Part shown: in pieces, positions 1 through 8,803 of the stretch
Layout of the letters: each line of letters starts with the position of its first letter
How positions within the stretch are numbered: the stretch's first letter is position 1
NCBI GenBank assembly: GCA_035261025.1
Contig: DATFUG010000137.1
Span: 1-36,161, forward strand
DNA: 36,161 nucleotides
Direction of reading: 5' to 3'
Origin: Steroidobacteraceae bacterium
Lineage (GTDB): Bacteria; Pseudomonadota; Gammaproteobacteria; Steroidobacterales; Steroidobacteraceae
Notes under the pieces: generated by a model
Seen by the model: the letters and a program-made list of their open reading frames with translations, nothing else
Told to the model about the DNA's origin: nothing
The model's database searches: none
Position numbers and translations under genes: made by a program

Positions 1-687
1 CAGGTTGGCGGGCTCGTCATACAGGCGCATGGGCGTATCGATCTGCTGCACCTCGCCGGCATTGAACACCACGATGCGCTGCCCCAGGGTCATCGCCTCG
101 ATCTGATCGTGCGTCACGTACAGCATGGTGGCGCGCAGCCGCCTGTGGAGCCGGGCGATCTCCGCGCGCATGCCGAGGCGTAACTTGGCGTCCAGATTCG
201 AGAGCGGTTCATCCAGCAAAAATACCTGTGGACTGCGCACCAGGGCGCGGCCAAGCGCCACGCGCTGGCGCTGGCCCCCGGAAAGTTGCCGCGGCTTCCG
301 ATCCAGCAGGGTGTCGAGCTCAAGCGTCGCTGCGGCGGCGCGCACCTTGGCATCCAGGTCCGCGCGCGCCATCCCGCGGAGGCGCAACCCAAAGGCCAGG
401 TTCTCGTAGACATTCATGTGTGGATAGAGCGCGTAGCTCTGAAACACCATCGCAATGTCACGATCGCGGGCCGGCAGGTCGTTGACCACGCGCCCGCCAA
501 TGCTCAGCGCGCCGCTGGTGATGCTCTCCAGTCCGGCGATCATGCGCAGCAGCGTCGATTTGCCACAGCCCGACGGTCCCACGAGGGCCAGAAGCTCGCC
601 ATCGGCCGCGTCGAAGCTGGCCCCGGCCACCGCTACGTGGCCGTTTTCATACACCTTTCGAAGCGCTTCGAGCCGTACCCCGGCCAT
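1..687 (-). CDS. Sugar-type ABC transporter ATP-binding subunit (MalK/UgpC/MsiK-like); the C-terminal part lies beyond the window edge
   Basis: Absent from the ORF track because it runs off the edge. Reverse translation from ATG (685-687) gives [20 protein letters not shown]... It carries Walker [10 protein letters not shown], the ABC signature [15 protein letters not shown], Walker [10 protein letters not shown] and the H-loop VTHDQ. The frame stays open exactly to nt 1 (687 = 229 codons). Confidence 0.9.
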   Translation of the reverse strand, partial: MAGVRLEALRKVYENGHVAVAGASFDAADGELLALVGPSGCGKSTLLRMIAGLESITSGALSIGGRVVNDLPARDRDIAMVFQSYALYPHMNVYENLAFGLRLRGMARADLDAKVRAAAATLELDTLLDRKPRQLSGGQRQRVALGRALVRSPQVFLLDEPLSNLDAKLRLGMRAEIARLHRRLRATMLYVTHDQIEAMTLGQRIVVFNAGEVQQIDTPMRLYDEPANL

Positions 688-745
688 GATTTTCCCTTGG
701 GTCCCCCGTCGACAGATCGTATACAATCCTGCACAACATGGCTAT

Positions 746-757
746 GTAAACGTTTTC
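746..757. promoter_or_regulatory. LacI-family operator-like site GTAAACGTTTTC in the ATPase/GH1 divergent intergenic region
   Basis: 11 of 12 positions match the perfect palindrome GAAAACGTTTTC at 14629-14640, and the sequence is identical to the site at 14651-14662. It has the central CG and AAACG/CGTTT half-sites typical of LacI/GalR operators, and lies 39 nt upstream of the GH1 GTG start. Confidence 0.55.
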
Positions 758-795
758 CACTGGCGCCAGCCGCGACTGGATCGGGATCAGGATAC

Positions 796-2202
796 GTGAA
801 CGACAAGCTCTTGCGGTTTCCGGCCGGCTTTCTCTGGGGCACTGCCACTTCCGCTTATCAGATCGAGGGATCGCCGCTGGCCGATGGTGCCGGGCCCTCC
901 ATCTGGCAGCGATTCTGCCGCACGCCCGGGCTGGTGCGCGACGGCCAGAGCGGCGATGTGGCCTGCGACCATTACCGGCGCTACCAGAGCGACGTTGCGC
1001 TGATGCGCGAGCTCGGCCTCAAGGCCTACCGCTTCAGCATCTCCTGGAGCCGCGTGCTGCCTGCGGGCCGCGGCGCCGTCAACGCTGCGGGTCTCGGCTT
1101 CTACGATCGCCTCGTCGATGAACTTTTGGGCCACGGCATCGAGCCACTGGTGACACTGCATCACTGGGACCTGCCGGCCGCCCTCGATGATCGCGGCGGA
1201 TGGCTCAATCCCGACATCGCGCAGTGGTTTGCCGACTACGCCTCCGTTGTTTTCCGCAAGCTCGACGGGCGCGTGAAGCACTGGGTGACACACAATGAAC
1301 CCTGGGTGATCGCGGACGGCGGGTACCTGCACGGCGTGCTCGCGCCGGGGCATCGCAACGTCTACGAGGCGCCGATCGCGACGCATAACCTGCTGCGCGC
1401 CCATGGCGCCGCGGTGCAGGCCTATCGCGCCACGGGCAAGCATCGCATCGGACTGGTCGTCAATCTCGAGCCGAAGTACGGCGCGACGCCGGCAGAGGAG
1501 GACCGTGCCGCCACGGCGCGCGCCGATGCCTACATGAACCGCCAGTATCTCGACCCGGTCTTCCTGGGAAAATATCCCGAGGAGCTGCGCGAGATCTTCG
1601 GCGAAGCCTGGCCGACGTGGCCCGCGGCCGATCTGGAACTGATTCGCCAGCCGCTCGATTTCCTGGGCGTCAACTACTACACGCGCAATGTCACGCGCGC
1701 CAACGCGCAGAGCTGGCCGCTGCGCGCGGAAATGGTGCGCCAGACGCAGGCGACCTACACGGAGACCGGCTGGGAAGTCTTCCCGCAGGGCCTGACCGAT
1801 ACGCTGCTGTGGGTGAAGAACCGCTACGGCAATCCGCCCGTCTTCGTGACGGAGAACGGCGCGGCCTTCTTCGACCCGGCGGCGCCGGAGCAGGGCCGGA
1901 TCGATGATCCACTGCGCGTGGAATATCTTCGCGAGCATATTGCCGCGGTGCGCGCCGCCATCGCACAGGGTGCGGACGTGCGCGGCTATTTCGTCTGGTC
2001 GCTGCTCGATAACTTCGAGTGGGCACTCGGCTATTCAAAGCGCTTCGGCATCGTGCATGTCGATTACTCGACGCAGCAGCGCACGCCCAAGGCGAGCGCC
2101 CGCTACTACTCCAGCGTCATTGCGACGCACGGCGCCGCGGCCGAAAAGGCCGAGACGGGAACGCGGAGCGCAGCCGCGCCGACGCTCCTCACCGCGAGTT
2201 GA
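796..2202 (+). CDS. GH1 beta-glucosidase
   Basis: This is the in-frame 3' part of track ORF 286..2202, trimmed to GTG at 796. The upstream part is antisense to the ABC ATPase. N-terminus is VNDKLLRFPAGFLWGTATSAYQIEG, with the acid/base motif THNEPW and the nucleophile motif VTENGAAF. Confidence 0.9.
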   Translation: MNDKLLRFPAGFLWGTATSAYQIEGSPLADGAGPSIWQRFCRTPGLVRDGQSGDVACDHYRRYQSDVALMRELGLKAYRFSISWSRVLPAGRGAVNAAGLGFYDRLVDELLGHGIEPLVTLHHWDLPAALDDRGGWLNPDIAQWFADYASVVFRKLDGRVKHWVTHNEPWVIADGGYLHGVLAPGHRNVYEAPIATHNLLRAHGAAVQAYRATGKHRIGLVVNLEPKYGATPAEEDRAATARADAYMNRQYLDPVFLGKYPEELREIFGEAWPTWPAADLELIRQPLDFLGVNYYTRNVTRANAQSWPLRAEMVRQTQATYTETGWEVFPQGLTDTLLWVKNRYGNPPVFVTENGAAFFDPAAPEQGRIDDPLRVEYLREHIAAVRAAIAQGADVRGYFVWSLLDNFEWALGYSKRFGIVHVDYSTQQRTPKASARYYSSVIATHGAAAEKAETGTRSAAAPTLLTAS

Positions 2203-3244
2203 ACGGCCTTCCGGCCGGTGCTCCGGGCGCGGCCGGCCGCTCGGCGAGCATGACCTGCACGAGCTTCGCCATCATCTGCTCGATCTGCGCCGGCGTCATC
2301 TCGCCGAGCACGCCACGCCCTTCCGGTGCAATGTGCAGCGCCGGATCGCCGTGGGCATGAAATACGAAATGCTCGAAGTGGGCACGCCAGATATTGCGCT
2401 GCTCGGCCGGTAGCGTGGCGATGGCCAGTATGGCGTGCATGAGGCTGGTATAGGGCGGCCCGTCGGAGCGTGGCAACCCGTTCCACCAGTAATTGACGAG
2501 GATATTGAAAGGCGCCAGCGACTGCACGCCGTGCCACCACATGTAGGGAATGTAGAGGGCATCACCCGGCTCGAGCTCCGCCGTCTGCGCCGCCGCGTAG
2601 GCCAGCTCAAACTTCGGAAAGCGCGCCAGATCGGGGTGGGCGATGTCGACCAGGCTGATGGGCACGCCTTGCGGAGTGGAGTGCAGGGGGCCGACGTACA
2701 GGTTTTCCAGCTGCTCGGGCGGAAACAGCACGAAGCGGCGCCGGCCCGCCGCCACGCAGGCAATATTGTCCTTGCAGTCATAGTGGGCCGCGACCGTGCT
2801 GGTATTGCCAATCCAGATAGTCGGGCGCGTACCGGCGGGAGGGAGACCCAGGCTGTTGTGAATCTCCAGCTCCGGCAAGTGCTTCGGTATGGACAAGGCC
2901 TGGATGGACAGGGCCGGCGGCTCGGCCTGCTCCGCGCTGGCCAGCATCAGACGCAGCACGTCGGCAAACTTCGCCCGCACGCGGGTGAAGTTCTCACCGG
3001 TCATGTTCCCGTTGTAGGAAAAGCGGCCCTGGATCTGCGGTTCGCCCGCCAGATACTCCACCTGGGTCCCCGCATTGAGCACCTGCAGGTAATCGACGGC
3101 CGCCGCGGCGGATTCCATCCCCTTGCGCACCAGCGGCCAATCGGCGACCAGGCCTTTCAATACCGCTGGCTTGCGGGCGACGGCAATCTCGGATTCAAAG
3201 ACCCGCTGATCCACGTTTCGCCACTGGGGAATCTCCGCTGCCAT
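2189..3244 (-). CDS. Cupin-like / JmjC-domain (cupin_8) protein, putative Fe(II)/2-oxoglutarate oxygenase
   Basis: Track ORF of 351 aa. It has WIGNTSTVAAHYDCKDN (an HxD motif), RRFVLFPP and GDALYIPYMWWHGVQS (distal His), the pattern of JmjC/cupin_8 proteins. It is the last gene of the compact minus-strand operon, starting 3 nt after the stop of the upstream gene. Confidence 0.7.
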   Translation of the reverse strand: MAAEIPQWRNVDQRVFESEIAVARKPAVLKGLVADWPLVRKGMESAAAAVDYLQVLNAGTQVEYLAGEPQIQGRFSYNGNMTGENFTRVRAKFADVLRLMLASAEQAEPPALSIQALSIPKHLPELEIHNSLGLPPAGTRPTIWIGNTSTVAAHYDCKDNIACVAAGRRRFVLFPPEQLENLYVGPLHSTPQGVPISLVDIAHPDLARFPKFELAYAAAQTAELEPGDALYIPYMWWHGVQSLAPFNILVNYWWNGLPRSDGPPYTSLMHAILAIATLPAEQRNIWRAHFEHFVFHAHGDPALHIAPEGRGVLGEMTPAQIEQMMAKLVQVMLAERPAAPGAPAGRPFNSR

Positions 3245-3247
3245 GCA

Positions 3248-4387
3248 CTAATTTCTCACGGAGCCAGGGCCGCCAACCGGCGCAAGCCTTGGGATGCGGT
3301 CCGCGACGGGCGGCAGCGCCGGAAACGGCGCGTGCGGCTCCGTCTGGTACCAGTAGGCGACCGAGTAGAAATTGTCGGAGCGGTGATTGGCGTGGCCGTG
3401 TTCAATCGTAGCCCGGAACGATTTCGTGAACGGGATGGGGGAATCGAGATGAAAGCGATAGACAGTCGAACGGCTGCCCGTCTGCTCATCGCCTTTGACG
3501 GGGGCGCCGTACAGCGGATATGAGAAAGAGTGCGTGCCAAAGCCCCAGGCACCGAGGAAATAGTCCTCGGCACCGGTGCCATTGATGACGGGCAGGGTGC
3601 TGCCGTCAACGAAGAACATGTCGTCGCCCTCGCCCCACCAGCCATCCTGATTCTGCAGCACGGAGAGGGTGACGCCGACAAAGTGGCCGCGGCCGCGGGC
3701 TTCCATCCACACGTAGTTGCCCTCGCCGGAAAGATTGCTGCGAGTGTTCACGAGCGGCTCGCCATTGGCGCTCCAGCTGGACGTCCAGCCGTGGTTTGGT
3801 GCCGCCTGGCGATACTGCGCGTGAAAATACAGCGTGTCGGCGGGCAGCGGCCGCATGCAGACGCGATAGTCAATGTTGAAGTACAGGGCATCCACGCCTG
3901 CCGCGCCCTCGTTGGTGACGGTGATGCGGGCGTGCTTTCGAAACGGCATGGGGAAAAATGAGTTCAGGGCCTTCTCGGGGGCCACGGCCAGCGGCGCGGA
4001 CTGGTACAGGAAATACTCACCGAGCCCCAGGCCGAAAAAATCGCCGATTGGCGCTTCGACGCTGGGCGTCGCCTCGGCGTCCCAGTAGATTCGAAGCACC
4101 AGCTTCTTGAGGTGAAACTCCTCGCGGCTCGAGATCGTAAACCATAGATGGGAAATGACGCCGGGCCCGGCAGCGTCCAGCAGCGTCAGGGTCTCGCCGG
4201 GACGGACCGGACGGGCATCGTCGTTGGCACCGGCACGATCGTAGCTCGAGGCGCGATGCTGTACATAGTCGTGCGGACGCGTAAGGCCGGCGAGCGAGCC
4301 CGCGGCATCGAGACAGCCCTGCGCCTGGGTGGCCTGGATGCCGGAGAAGAGTAGCAGCGGGCCCAGCGATGCGAGGCGTGCGATCAT
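3248..4387 (-). CDS. DUF2961 / GH172-like secreted glycoside hydrolase-like protein
   Basis: Track ORF 3248..4582 trimmed to ATG 4385-4387, which gives the signal peptide MIARLASLGPLLLFSGIQATQAQG. The start overlaps the upstream permease stop as ATGA. GPGVISHLWFT and the C-terminal SVAYWYQTEP resemble DUF2961 family members as I remember them. Confidence 0.65.
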   Translation of the reverse strand: MIARLASLGPLLLFSGIQATQAQGCLDAAGSLAGLTRPHDYVQHRASSYDRAGANDDARPVRPGETLTLLDAAGPGVISHLWFTISSREEFHLKKLVLRIYWDAEATPSVEAPIGDFFGLGLGEYFLYQSAPLAVAPEKALNSFFPMPFRKHARITVTNEGAAGVDALYFNIDYRVCMRPLPADTLYFHAQYRQAAPNHGWTSSWSANGEPLVNTRSNLSGEGNYVWMEARGRGHFVGVTLSVLQNQDGWWGEGDDMFFVDGSTLPVINGTGAEDYFLGAWGFGTHSFSYPLYGAPVKGDEQTGSRSTVYRFHLDSPIPFTKSFRATIEHGHANHRSDNFYSVAYWYQTEPHAPFPALPPVADRIPRLAPVGGPGSVRN

Positions 4388-5205
4388 CCCTTGACGCTCC
4401 CCAGTGTAATGCCCCGGAGGTAGAAGCGTTGCAGGGACAGGAACAGCGCCAGCACCGGCAGCACCGTGATGACGGCTCCGGCCATCATCATCTCGTTGTC
4501 CTGCACGTGTTCGCGCGCCAGGCCGGCCAGCGCCACCGGCAGGGTCTGCATGTCGCGGTCGCTGAGCACGATCAGCGGCCACATGAAATCATTCCAGGTG
4601 CCCAGGAATACGAAGATACCGAGCGTGACCAGGATCGGCGTGAGCACCGGCAGCACCACGGAGCGGAAGATGCGCCATTCGCCGGCACCGTCGATGCGCG
4701 CCGCGTCCAGCAATTCATCGGGAATCGACAGCGCGTACTGGCGCACCAGGAAGATGCCGAAGATGCTGGCGATGCCGGGCACGATCGCGCCGGCGTAGCT
4801 GTTGACGAGGCCCAGAAACTTGAGCAGTCCGAACAGCGGGATCATCGTCACCTGGCCCGGCACCAGCAGGCCCGCGAGCAGCAGCCGGTAGACCGACTCG
4901 CGGCCGCGGAAGCGCAGCTTCGCGAAGGCGTAGCCGGCCATGCCATTGAACACCAGCGCGAGCAGCGTGGCGCTGGTGGCCACGATCACGCTGTTGATGA
5001 AATACCGGCCCATGTGCTGGCCCGCGAACAGATCGCGGTAGTGATCGAGCGTGAGCGAACTCGGCAGTAGCGGTGGCGGATAAGTCGACGAGGCGCCGGT
5101 CGGCATGAGCGAAACGGAGACCATCCACGCCAGCGGGAACACGGTCAGCGCAGCGGCCAGCCACAGGGCGGCGTTGACCAGCCAGGCCTGCGCACGCGGG
5201 TTCAT
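4384..5205 (-). CDS. Carbohydrate ABC transporter permease (MalG-like)
   Basis: Track ORF 4384..5487 trimmed to ATG 5203-5205 (MNPRAQAWLVNAALWLAAALTVFPLAWMV). It has the EAA-loop-like DAARIDGAGEWRIFRSVVLP and multiple hydrophobic spans. The start forms an ATGA overlap with the upstream permease stop. Confidence 0.85.
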   Translation of the reverse strand: MNPRAQAWLVNAALWLAAALTVFPLAWMVSVSLMPTGASSTYPPPLLPSSLTLDHYRDLFAGQHMGRYFINSVIVATSATLLALVFNGMAGYAFAKLRFRGRESVYRLLLAGLLVPGQVTMIPLFGLLKFLGLVNSYAGAIVPGIASIFGIFLVRQYALSIPDELLDAARIDGAGEWRIFRSVVLPVLTPILVTLGIFVFLGTWNDFMWPLIVLSDRDMQTLPVALAGLAREHVQDNEMMMAGAVITVLPVLALFLSLQRFYLRGITLGSVKG

Positions 5206-6080
5206 GTCTCGCCCAGCCGCCGGGTGAGGCGCAGCTGCAGCGCCGTGATCAGCAGGATCAGCGCAAACAGGACGAAGGCCACGCTGGAGGCAGAACCCAG
5301 TTTCCACCAGGTGAAGCCCTGATCGAACATGAAGTACAGCACGCTGAGCGTGCTTTGCAGCGGCCCTCCCTGGGTCATCACGTAGGGCTCGGCGAACAGC
5401 TGGAAATAGCCGCTGACCGTGAGGATGCCGACCAGCGCCAGCGTCGGGGTGAGAAGCGGCAGCGTGATGTGGCGCAATCGCGCCCACGCCCCGGCGCCTT
5501 CAAGGCGCGCGGCGTCGTACAGATCCTCGGGAATGGCCTGCAGCGCGGCGATCAGGATGATCATGTTGTAGCCGAAATTCTTCCACACCGCGAGCAGCAC
5601 AATGGAGGGCATCGACCAGTGCGGATCGCCGAGCCAGTCGATGGCCGGCAATCCCAGATGAGTCAGCAGGTAGTTGATCAATCCGTAGCGCGTGTGCAGC
5701 AGATAGCGCCAGATCAGCGCCACGGCCACCAGCGACGTGACGACTGGAGCGAACAACGCCGTGCGGAACAGGGGCCGGAAGCGGGCCAGGCGTGAATCGA
5801 CCAGCAGCGCGGCGCCGAGCGATGCCAGGAGCGAGAGGGGCACACCCAGCACCACGAAAAAGGCGGTATTGCCGAGCGCCTGCCAGAACAGCGGCGTCAC
5901 CAGCAGCGTGCGGTAGTTGTCGAGCCCGATGTAGCGCAGGTTGGCAGGATCGGCCAGCGCATACAGATCGAAATCGGTGAAGCTCAGCAGCAGGGCCGCC
6001 ACGACCGGCAGCAGAAAAAAGACGCCGATCAGCAGCAGGGCCGGGAGCGAGAACCACCAGCCGGCGCGTGTGCGGTTCAT
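5202..6080 (-). CDS. Carbohydrate ABC transporter permease (MalF-like)
   Basis: Track ORF of 292 aa: MNRTRAGWWFSLPALLLIGVFFLLPVV, with the EAA-loop YDAARLEGAGAWARLRHITLP. The start forms an ATGA overlap with the stop of the binding-protein gene. Confidence 0.85.
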   Translation of the reverse strand: MNRTRAGWWFSLPALLLIGVFFLLPVVAALLLSFTDFDLYALADPANLRYIGLDNYRTLLVTPLFWQALGNTAFFVVLGVPLSLLASLGAALLVDSRLARFRPLFRTALFAPVVTSLVAVALIWRYLLHTRYGLINYLLTHLGLPAIDWLGDPHWSMPSIVLLAVWKNFGYNMIILIAALQAIPEDLYDAARLEGAGAWARLRHITLPLLTPTLALVGILTVSGYFQLFAEPYVMTQGGPLQSTLSVLYFMFDQGFTWWKLGSASSVAFVLFALILLITALQLRLTRRLGET

Positions 6081-7360
6081 CGCTTTTCCTGCCGGTCGAG
6101 CAGCCAGCGCCGCTTGGCGAGCATCGCATCCACCTCGGCGTCAAACTGGGTGACGGCGGCATCTTCGCTCTGCCCGCCACGCACGACACGCTCGGCCATC
6201 AATCGCATGCCCTGCATGATCTGCTCCCACTCGGGCAGCTGCTGGAAGGTGCGGAGCCGATCGAGCTGGATGCGGAAGGCTCGCGTGTAGGGATCGGTGG
6301 CGATGGCGCCGGATTCCCAGCTGCTGCGCCGCGGCGGCAGATCGCCCGTAATCTCGTAGAAGCGACGTTGCACCTCGGGGCGCGAGAGGTATTCGATCAG
6401 GGCCCAGGCGCTGGCCTTGTGCTCAGAGCGCCGGAAGATCACCAGGCTGGAACCGCCGGCGCTGGAGGCGCCGGGTCCGTCCGGGCCGGGCATCGGCGCG
6501 GTCATCCAGCTGCCCTGCTGCCCGGCCGGCAGGCGGCGCTTGAATTCACCGATATTCCAGGGTCCGGAGACATAGAACGAGAAGAATCCATTGCCCAACT
6601 CATCCCAGACGTTGGAAATCTGGGTGTTGGTCGCCATCGGCGCGAGCGACTGCGTGAACAACTGGTGGTAAAAGGCCAGCGCGCGCCGGAAGGAAGGGCT
6701 GCGAAAATTGCCGTAGCGATTGCCCTCCCGCAGCATGGCTTCCGGCTGCTGCAGGGCCAGGACCTGGAGCGGCTCGAATTCATTGAGCGGCAGCAGCACC
6801 GCGTAGCGCTGCGGCCCCACCATCCGCTTGATGGCCTGGAGCTGGCGCAGCCAGTCGGCCCAGTTGTCCGCCGGACCGGCAAATCCAGCCTGGCGCAGCA
6901 GATCGCTGCGGTAGAACAGCAAGCGGGTGTCGACGTACCAGGGCACGCCCCACGGCACGCCGCCGAGCGAATTGGCCTGCCAGACCTGGGGGAAAAAATC
7001 CGCGACCTCCACGATCTTCGATGCGGCGAGGCGCGACTGCAGCGGCTCCAGCGCATGCAGGGCGACGAGCTCGGGTATCCAGGTGTTGCCGAGCTGGCAC
7101 ATGTCGGGAGTGGCGTCGCCGGCCACGGCGGTGAGGAACTTCTCGTGCGCCGCCGTCAGGGCGAGGCGCTGCACCTCGACGTGCAGGCCCGGGTGTTCGC
7201 GCTCGAAGGCCGGCAACAGCGCACTCACCTGGTCCGCCTCGGCGCCAAAAGCCCAGAACTTCAGCACTTCGCCCTGCGGGGCGCCGCCACAGCCGCTTGC
7301 CACCAGGGCCGCCAGTAGCGGCGCGAGCCGGCCCGCGCGCGGGCTGTTCAGCCCAGCCAT
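6077..7360 (-). CDS. Extracellular sugar-binding protein (ABC family 1 SBP), lipoprotein-type signal
   Basis: Track ORF 6077..7966 trimmed to ATG 7358-7360: MAGLNSPRAGRLAPLLAALVASGCGG. The body has SBP_bac_1-like segments (VPWYVDTRLLFYRSDLL). The start overlaps the upstream GH144-like gene by 13 nt. Confidence 0.8.
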   Translation of the reverse strand: MAGLNSPRAGRLAPLLAALVASGCGGAPQGEVLKFWAFGAEADQVSALLPAFEREHPGLHVEVQRLALTAAHEKFLTAVAGDATPDMCQLGNTWIPELVALHALEPLQSRLAASKIVEVADFFPQVWQANSLGGVPWGVPWYVDTRLLFYRSDLLRQAGFAGPADNWADWLRQLQAIKRMVGPQRYAVLLPLNEFEPLQVLALQQPEAMLREGNRYGNFRSPSFRRALAFYHQLFTQSLAPMATNTQISNVWDELGNGFFSFYVSGPWNIGEFKRRLPAGQQGSWMTAPMPGPDGPGASSAGGSSLVIFRRSEHKASAWALIEYLSRPEVQRRFYEITGDLPPRRSSWESGAIATDPYTRAFRIQLDRLRTFQQLPEWEQIMQGMRLMAERVVRGGQSEDAAVTQFDAEVDAMLAKRRWLLDRQEKR

Positions 7361-8802
7361 CCGCCGCTGAATCCGGCGCGCTGCAGACCCCGGCGGATCA
7401 CCGGGTCGCGCTGCATCGTCTGCCAGAGCAGTCCACTGTGCTGGTTCTCCAGCATCGTCATGAGCGGTCCGTGCGTGATGCCGTAGTAACGCGAGTCGAC
7501 CCAGCCCAGCTCGCCCACCCGCCGCCCGCTCAGGAGCGGCACGTCGAACTGGAAACTCGGGTTGAAACTGTCGAGGAAGCCGTATTGTCCATAGATCACC
7601 GCGCCGTAGCGGCGATACATCTCGGCGGCGGCGGCCGTGGCCTGATCGGGCGTGAAGGGCAGGCACCCCAGGGCCGCGCTCGGCGTGATCGTGCCGTCGT
7701 CCAGGTTCTGGTCCGGATTCAGGCCGACGCCGCGGCCGGCATAGGTGCGGAACTGCCGTTGCACGCCCTGGTAGGAAAGGCTGCCCGTGTAGGGACCGTC
7801 GCAGGCGCTCAGGCCCCACACGTCGGGCCCGTAGCCCGCCCAGCCCAGGGGATTGGCCGTCGCGTAGGCGCGCTGCGAGAGCGCCGCGCGCCGGGTGTTC
7901 TCGAAGTAATCGATGCCGCGGGCGCGCAGGTACGCATCGCTCACCCCGCGCAGGTCCACCCAGCACTGCGTAAAGTGGTGACCAAAGAGCGGTCCAAAGG
8001 TGAGATGCTCGATGCCCTCGATCCTGCCCCAGCTCGCGTCATACCCGGAGGTCCAGACGGCCCAGGCATCCGTCCCGACGGCGTGCGCCTGTGAGCCCAG
8101 GGCCAGCAGGTAGACCGGGATCGCCTCGTTGTAGCCGATCCAGTCCGCGGACAGGAATCCGGTTTCCGGCCGCCAGCCCATGCAGACGCCCGGGCCGTTG
8201 GCCTGGGCCCAGTTCCACTCGACGCGCTCGCACAAGGCGTCCGCGATCGTACGGATCGCCACCTCGTCGACATCCGTGCCGTCGAAATACTGGCCGCAGA
8301 GGCGCGCACCCATCAGCAGCAGCGTCGTGTCGACGGTCGAGAGCTCCGAGTCGCGGTAACGCGTACCGCTGCTCATGTCGAGGAAGTGATAGAAAAAGCC
8401 GCGATAGCCGGTGCAACCGGTCGGGGCCGTCCCCTGCGGCGCATCGCGCAGGAACTCCAGCCAGCCCCGCACCCGTTGCGCGGCGGCGGCTCGCGGCACC
8501 CAGCCGTGCGCGACGCCGATGGGCACCGCGCTGAAGGCGAAGCCCATGGCCGCGATGCTGGCCGGCGCCGGGTCCGGCCAATAATCGGGCGCCAGCCCGC
8601 GCGCCGCCTCCGTGGTCTGCCAGAAATAATTGAAGCTGCGATGCAGGCTGTCCGCCAGCAGCGCGTCGGGGGTCAGCGGGGGCGGCGGGGGATAGCCGGC
8701 GGCGGGGACCGCCGGCGTCGAGCTCCCGCCGCAACCGACCAGGGCGCCGGCCGCCGTGGTCGCGGCCACCTGCAGGAAGCGGCGTCGCGTCAGCCGCGCC
8801 AT
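7348..8802 (-). CDS. Glucoamylase-like / GH144-like protein (putative endo-beta-1,2-glucanase family), Tat signal plus lipobox
   Basis: Track ORF of 484 aa. N-terminus MARLTRRRFLQVAATTAAGALVGCGG has a twin-arginine motif and an LVGC lipobox. FNYFWQTT..., SIAAMGFAFSAV and GFFYHFLDMSSGTR resemble the DUF3131/glycoamylase (GH144) family as I remember it. Confidence 0.6.
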   Translation of the reverse strand: MARLTRRRFLQVAATTAAGALVGCGGSSTPAVPAAGYPPPPPLTPDALLADSLHRSFNYFWQTTEAARGLAPDYWPDPAPASIAAMGFAFSAVPIGVAHGWVPRAAAAQRVRGWLEFLRDAPQGTAPTGCTGYRGFFYHFLDMSSGTRYRDSELSTVDTTLLLMGARLCGQYFDGTDVDEVAIRTIADALCERVEWNWAQANGPGVCMGWRPETGFLSADWIGYNEAIPVYLLALGSQAHAVGTDAWAVWTSGYDASWGRIEGIEHLTFGPLFGHHFTQCWVDLRGVSDAYLRARGIDYFENTRRAALSQRAYATANPLGWAGYGPDVWGLSACDGPYTGSLSYQGVQRQFRTYAGRGVGLNPDQNLDDGTITPSAALGCLPFTPDQATAAAAEMYRRYGAVIYGQYGFLDSFNPSFQFDVPLLSGRRVGELGWVDSRYYGITHGPLMTMLENQHSGLLWQTMQRDPVIRRGLQRAGFSGGWLG

Positions 8803-8803
8803 A

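Noticed and set aside
286-795. The 5' 170 codons of track ORF 286..2202 (638 aa) read as part of the beta-glucosidase.
   Set aside because: This stretch is antisense to a clearly real ABC ATPase (Walker A, signature and Walker B on the minus strand) and has an Arg/Ala-rich, low-complexity composition. GH1 homology begins at the GTG at 796.
7361-7966. N-terminal extensions of the track ORFs for the binding protein (7361-7966), DUF2961 (4388-4582) and the second permease (5206-5487).
   Set aside because: The extensions overlap the preceding genes and are Arg/Pro/Gly-rich. The internal ATGs give proper signal peptides or membrane N-termini and form ATGA-type overlaps with the upstream stops.
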